This document shows positions 59,601 through 64,000 of a stretch of DNA of 64,000 bases, one piece after another (within the stretch, counting starts at the first letter, position 1; each line of letters begins with the position of its first letter). The position numbers were made by a program, and so were the translations under genes. Location of the stretch: positions 13,340,698 to 13,404,697 of the forward strand of contig OZ037765.1 in assembly GCA_964035545.1 (NCBI GenBank), in the 5' to 3' direction. The notes under the pieces were generated by a model. It was not told the origin of the DNA. It did not search any database and was given only the letters and a program-made list of their open reading frames with translations. Source of the stretch: Bugula neritina (lineage: Eukaryota > Animalia > Bryozoa).

Positions 59601-61508
59601 ACTGCAGATATTGACAACCTCCTGGAGACTGCAGAGCCATGCTAGAGTGACAATCATGACTACACAGGTCACATGACTATATGGGTTACATGTGGTTGCA
59701 TAGGTTACATGGTGCTAAGCATCGCCTTGTTTTATAAACCAGATTTGTGTCATATTAGGCTTAGCTAAGCAAATTTTAAAAACTGCATAAAATATTGGCT
59801 AGTACTAACCATATATAACAACTATATAGAATTACTGAGCCTTCAGACAGCCATGGACATTAAATTTAATACTTGTTAGTTGCTAATGACTGTATGATTT
59901 GTCAATGTCATTAAATAGTAATATTATAGTTCAATTAATATTATGAACTGGTACCAGAAATAAAAAATTAACACCTTTAACACAACAAACTTAATAAACA
60001 AGCACAGCAAACCAACAGCAGTTCATTGCCTACTGATAGTGATACTCATACTTACATCGGATAATTATGTGCAGTCACCGTGTAAAAGCACAATATTACT
60101 CCTTATATAAACTTGCTGCAATCCACACGAGGCTGTATTGTAGATAATTGTCTTATTTTTATCAAATACTGATATGAAAATAGCTACGGAGTAGATGCTA
60201 TCCGCTCACGCTATACAATCCTGAGAACATACAGCCACCCGAATCCAGCACTAGCGATGATTTATTAATTGTAACCAAGCGAAGAGCACGATGTCACGTC
60301 TTGTCAATCATTAGCCTGCGAGTTAGAATACCTATTTGTCTTAGCAGCGCAGGCTAGACGATAATTATAATCACTGAGCTGATGATTATATTATATTGGT
60401 TATTGCTCAATAACGCTCCCTGGTTTAGATACGGTTAAATAGAATGCGCCGTGCACTAGTACTGAACTGATAGTGGGTATATTAAACATACCAAAATTAG
60501 TGGCGTTTAGACTTTCGGTACTTCTGCATTTCATTTCTAATTTTTTGTACAGCTTTATTAAATGTGTTCAACTAAACAACTGAAGAATCCCTATGCACCT
60601 GAATACTGATCAGAAAGTTATCAAAGAAACTATATCATGAATACCAGTCAAAACCAAAATAAATGGTGGCTCAGCACTACACTGAACCACTAGCTACATT
60701 GTCCCCACTAGTTGATGGTGTCAATATGAATTCACTAGTCAACCATAAGCACAGAAGTACTTTTGTTGACTTGACTAGCAGGTACTTGACAAGAGTTTTG
60801 TTTGAATTAATTCATCACATTTAAACACATGCAATAAACATAGTTTGGAGCAACTGAGGATGTGTTGGAAGTAATAATACCCTCCAATATGTATTTATTG
60901 AACTTATAGGTTTATAAAATAATTGAGATCAAAAATAATAGAATTAATCCTCTACTCAAAACAGAAAACAAAATTTGGTTATACTATTAGTACATATATG
61001 ATACAAAATATATTGGCAGCTGAAAATAGCAAATAGTATAATCTCTTAGAGTTTAGACTGTAGGGGTTTATGTGCTCCGTTCCATACAGTATAGAAACAC
61101 CACATAATTAATGTGTAGCAAATTCTAGCAGGAGTTATTATTTCGAGTAATAATTCTTAAATATTGGAGCACATGAAACATCTTCATTGTGTGCTAGAAC
61201 ACCTCATCATTCAGCAGAATCACAACATTAAGGGGTGAAAGTGAAAGGAGATCTGGCCATATGATTTTTCCTCACAAAGAGAGGGAGAAATACCAGCTAC
61301 CAGTACTACTTTATTTCTGAGCTTTCTTAAGACAGCTGTGACCAATATAATATTTAACTTTGGATATATTGTATTATGCTAGATGGTTATATAATTTTTG
61401 TGTTTACTAGCAATACTATAAATTTATAATATATATATTAATGCACAAAATATCATCTCTATATGATTGAGTTAGAGTTGGAAGCAGAATAAACAGATAT
61501 TTGAAGCT

Positions 61509-61745
61509 CTAAAGCTCAGTACTGTATACACTACTATGAGTATGTATTGCACTGTTTATGTTAGGAAGAGAGTCCCCTGCAAGTAGACTTTGGCTGGTCT
61601 CATCAGCTTCCAGCTCCTTGGAGATTGAGTCAGCACTTATTCCTTCAGTCTTTAGCAGCTTTTCATCTACACCAGTTGCATAGTTGCTGTTGGAATCTAA
61701 CCCCGGACTGCACACTTTAGTCTCCTTTGATTTTCTTGGCATTGC
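61509..61745 (-). CDS. Putative coding exon (low-complexity, S/E/K-rich) ending in a stop codon; terminal exon of an upstream gene or of an ANKS1 isoform
   Basis: Strong acceptor TTTTTATTGCAG| followed by an open frame AMPRKSKETKVCSPG...VYSTEL*, with higher GC than the flanks. No recognisable domain. Confidence 0.45.
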   Translation of the reverse strand, partial: AMPRKSKETKVCSPGLDSNSNYATGVDEKLLKTEGISADSISKELEADETSQSLLAGDSLPNINSAIHTHSSVYSTEL

Positions 61746-62259
61746 CTGCAATAAAAACATATGAATTAAAAAGGAAAACAAACCAGACTAATGGGCAAAG
61801 ACGTGGAGATGAAACAACTTCTAACAGTTGTCTATATATTTTCAAGATTTAGATAAATAAAAGTTGTCTTCTCTTTCTTCAATTATCCAACTGAAATAAT
61901 AACTTTAATGTTGACAGCTATTTTATAATTTTACTTTTCAAAATTAATGTGGAAAGAAGTATCATACAGCTCTATAGTTGATTGGTGAGAAAAAGAGAAT
62001 ATCAACAAAAAAAACAAGTCTAAATCAGTGTGCAAAAAGATAGTAGTTCTAGGAAAATAAAATCTCTTTTTTATAGATACATGATAACCAATAAGTTTAA
62101 ACTTTAGAACAAAAATTGATAAGATGCTTAGCATAAATTATATTTATTTAATTTTCTTTATTGTGAGTTTTGAAAATATTTTACATTATGTTATATAATA
62201 AAATATTTAAAAATAAGGGATAGGACTTTGAGTAAAGCATAATGTAGCACATTATTGTT

Positions 62260-63651
62260 GTGATGCTTTCAGGGCAGTGGAACTTTCTTTTCTCTCTTGC
62301 AATTGCAGTAACAGAATATGGGTTGGGGAAGGATACTGGTCCATTTGTTCAGTTTAGTGCTGCTGGAACAGGGGGTGGAGAGTTGGATGGAGTGGAACAT
62401 GGGAGCGACAATGAAGCTAGTAAAGTACAACCCAGAGAAGACGGCACTTCAGACAACCAAGTCATACACTCCGGTGTATATAAGCACATGTGTCTATTTT
62501 TCTGCAGTTGTGACATATTGTCTGTACAGGATATACGTGTGGCCAAGCAGGAGAGGGTATTAGCTCAAGAGGCAAAACAAACGAAAAGTAAAAAGAGAGG
62601 TAAGAGATCGTCAATTGATGATAAACACATATTCAGCATAACTCTCACAAAGCGGCTAGATAATTTTGAATCACACGAATCATTGCAATTTCGATTAAAA
62701 ATCATGAGTGCATTAGAAAAATTAGCAGGACTTGAGAAATCATCAAATATTGAACAATTTGAATTACCATCAAACCTTACGCCACAAGCAAATGCTACAA
62801 TTTCACCAGAAGCAAATGCTACAATGGCACCAGAAGCAAATACTACAATGGCACCAGAAGCAAATACTACAATTATTTTAGCTTTGAACCAATCATACAC
62901 AACAACTGGTACTCAAAACAATACAGTGCAACTTCAAACTACCACAGGCTCTGTCTTAGCAACAAACTCGGCAGAAAACATTTCTGTTGCGGTTGAATTG
63001 TGTAGGTTTCGTGTAATAGTCTTGGATATACAAACATCACAAAATAGAAAAAAGAGACAAGTGAATGATGAGCAAAACCTAGCAATAACCTTTGCAATGA
63101 CCGAAGATGATAACCTGATTACACATGATGAAATAGAAGATTTGTTATCTGGGCAGACTGAAATAGCCCAGGCTATAGGAGCAGCAATAAACCAAAATGT
63201 AAGTGTAAATATTACTGATGAGATAGCAGAACAATCGCTGCCAGAGGATGATGTTGTTGCAGAAGAAGAAACAGTAAAGATGAAGCCGTGTTGGGTAACA
63301 TCTATTGTTCTAGGAAGCCTACTGATTTCAGGAATTATTGGCTTCATCATCTATTTAATGTATGAAACAGAAATTGAAAAGAAGAGAAGGAAGAACACAG
63401 CTGAAAAAAATAAAAAAACTGATTCGAAACTTGCTTCTGAAAATGACAAACTTTTACAAGAAAATACTGAACTTAAGTCCCAGTTGAAAAATGTGAAGCA
63501 TCCAGTTCGACGTTCAACTAAGGAGCTTCAAGAAGGTGATGATAAAGAAAGAGACTCCCAACTTGTTCATTCTAAAAAGCAAGGAGGGTCAGCAAAGAAC
63601 AGCTATTCGTTACTAGACGAAGGTGGTTACAAAAGCCTGACTCACCCGTGA
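62260..63651 (+). CDS. Orphan type I membrane glycoprotein: two basic furin-like sites, mucin-like N-glycosylated repeat, one TM helix, coiled-coil cytoplasmic tail with two YxxL motifs; true N-terminus uncertain
   Basis: 463-codon ORF in an AT-rich genome. KKRGKR and RKKR sites; (PEANxTMA)x4; TM WVTSIVLGSLLISGIIGFIIYLMY followed by EKKRRK; tail YSLLDEGGYKSL. Confidence 0.8.
   Translation: MMLSGQWNFLFSLAIAVTEYGLGKDTGPFVQFSAAGTGGGELDGVEHGSDNEASKVQPREDGTSDNQVIHSGVYKHMCLFFCSCDILSVQDIRVAKQERVLAQEAKQTKSKKRGKRSSIDDKHIFSITLTKRLDNFESHESLQFRLKIMSALEKLAGLEKSSNIEQFELPSNLTPQANATISPEANATMAPEANTTMAPEANTTIILALNQSYTTTGTQNNTVQLQTTTGSVLATNSAENISVAVELCRFRVIVLDIQTSQNRKKRQVNDEQNLAITFAMTEDDNLITHDEIEDLLSGQTEIAQAIGAAINQNVSVNITDEIAEQSLPEDDVVAEEETVKMKPCWVTSIVLGSLLISGIIGFIIYLMYETEIEKKRRKNTAEKNKKTDSKLASENDKLLQENTELKSQLKNVKHPVRRSTKELQEGDDKERDSQLVHSKKQGGSAKNSYSLLDEGGYKSLTHP
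62318..62563 (+). CDS. Overlapping 81-aa ORF with a signal peptide and a second hydrophobic segment; may supply the real N-terminus of the long ORF
   Basis: ATG 9 nt after the acceptor TTGCAG| at 62308. MGWGRILVHLFSLVLLEQGVES looks like a signal peptide, and VYISTCVYFSAVVTYCLY is hydrophobic. Confidence 0.5.
   Translation: MGWGRILVHLFSLVLLEQGVESWMEWNMGATMKLVKYNPEKTALQTTKSYTPVYISTCVYFSAVVTYCLYRIYVWPSRRGY
62782..62874 (+). repeat. 24-bp coding tandem repeat x4 (CCAGAAGCAAATRCTACAATGGCA)
   Basis: Directly visible; each unit encodes an N-x-T sequon. Confidence 0.9.
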
Positions 63652-64000
63652 GCATCAAAAATATCTCAAAAAATGTATAGAATTATGGCATTTTTGCAGG
63701 TAAATTCATACTAACATCATGAGGTTTTATTGTAAATACAGATCTTCAAGAGCAGGGCACATGGCCAGGGCAGATGCTAAAAACAATAAGCCAGGGACAA
63801 TGAAAGAACCTCTTCTAACTGTCAATCAAAAAGCGATTTCCCCACCTCCTGGTACAGGTAACTACATGTAACAGAATTCTAACACATCATTATTTTAAGA
63901 AAGCTGCACCTCTATTTCCAACATTTATTTTCTTTCTTGTGTAAAGACATCATTATCATTCAAGTATTGCTCATTACATGGTCAGTATACTTATTCATTT

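Noticed and set aside
62565-63350. Antisense ORFs of 111 and 138 aa
   Set aside because: Shadows of the long plus-strand ORF and its tandem repeat.

Overview
AT-rich, intron-rich genomic DNA from an invertebrate animal (the species cannot be determined from the sequence). I built spliced gene models by hand from splice signals and reading phase. In order: a MEST-like alpha/beta hydrolase (minus strand, runs off the left edge); a divergently transcribed tandem-MADF + BESS-like protein (+); CYB5RL (minus); DNA topoisomerase III beta TOP3B (+, 15 coding exons, ~851 aa, one intron that needs a GC donor); a ~9.6 kb gene-free interval; a complete Pax6 (+, ~466 aa, paired domain, homeodomain and PST tail); a convergent ANKS1/Odin/AIDA-1-like SAM-SAM-PTB adaptor (minus); and an orphan type I membrane glycoprotein ORF (+) whose best signal peptide lies in an overlapping frame. 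Non-coding highlights are a hammerhead-ribozyme-like motif antisense in the MADF intron, a helically phased array of seven CCGANNTCGG palindromes, a ~400 bp foldback element, two tRNA-derived SINE-like elements, and degenerate NATANT hexamer tracts in both divergent promoter regions. All homology calls come from recognising motifs, not from database searches. Most short ORFs in the supplied track are intronic or antisense noise.
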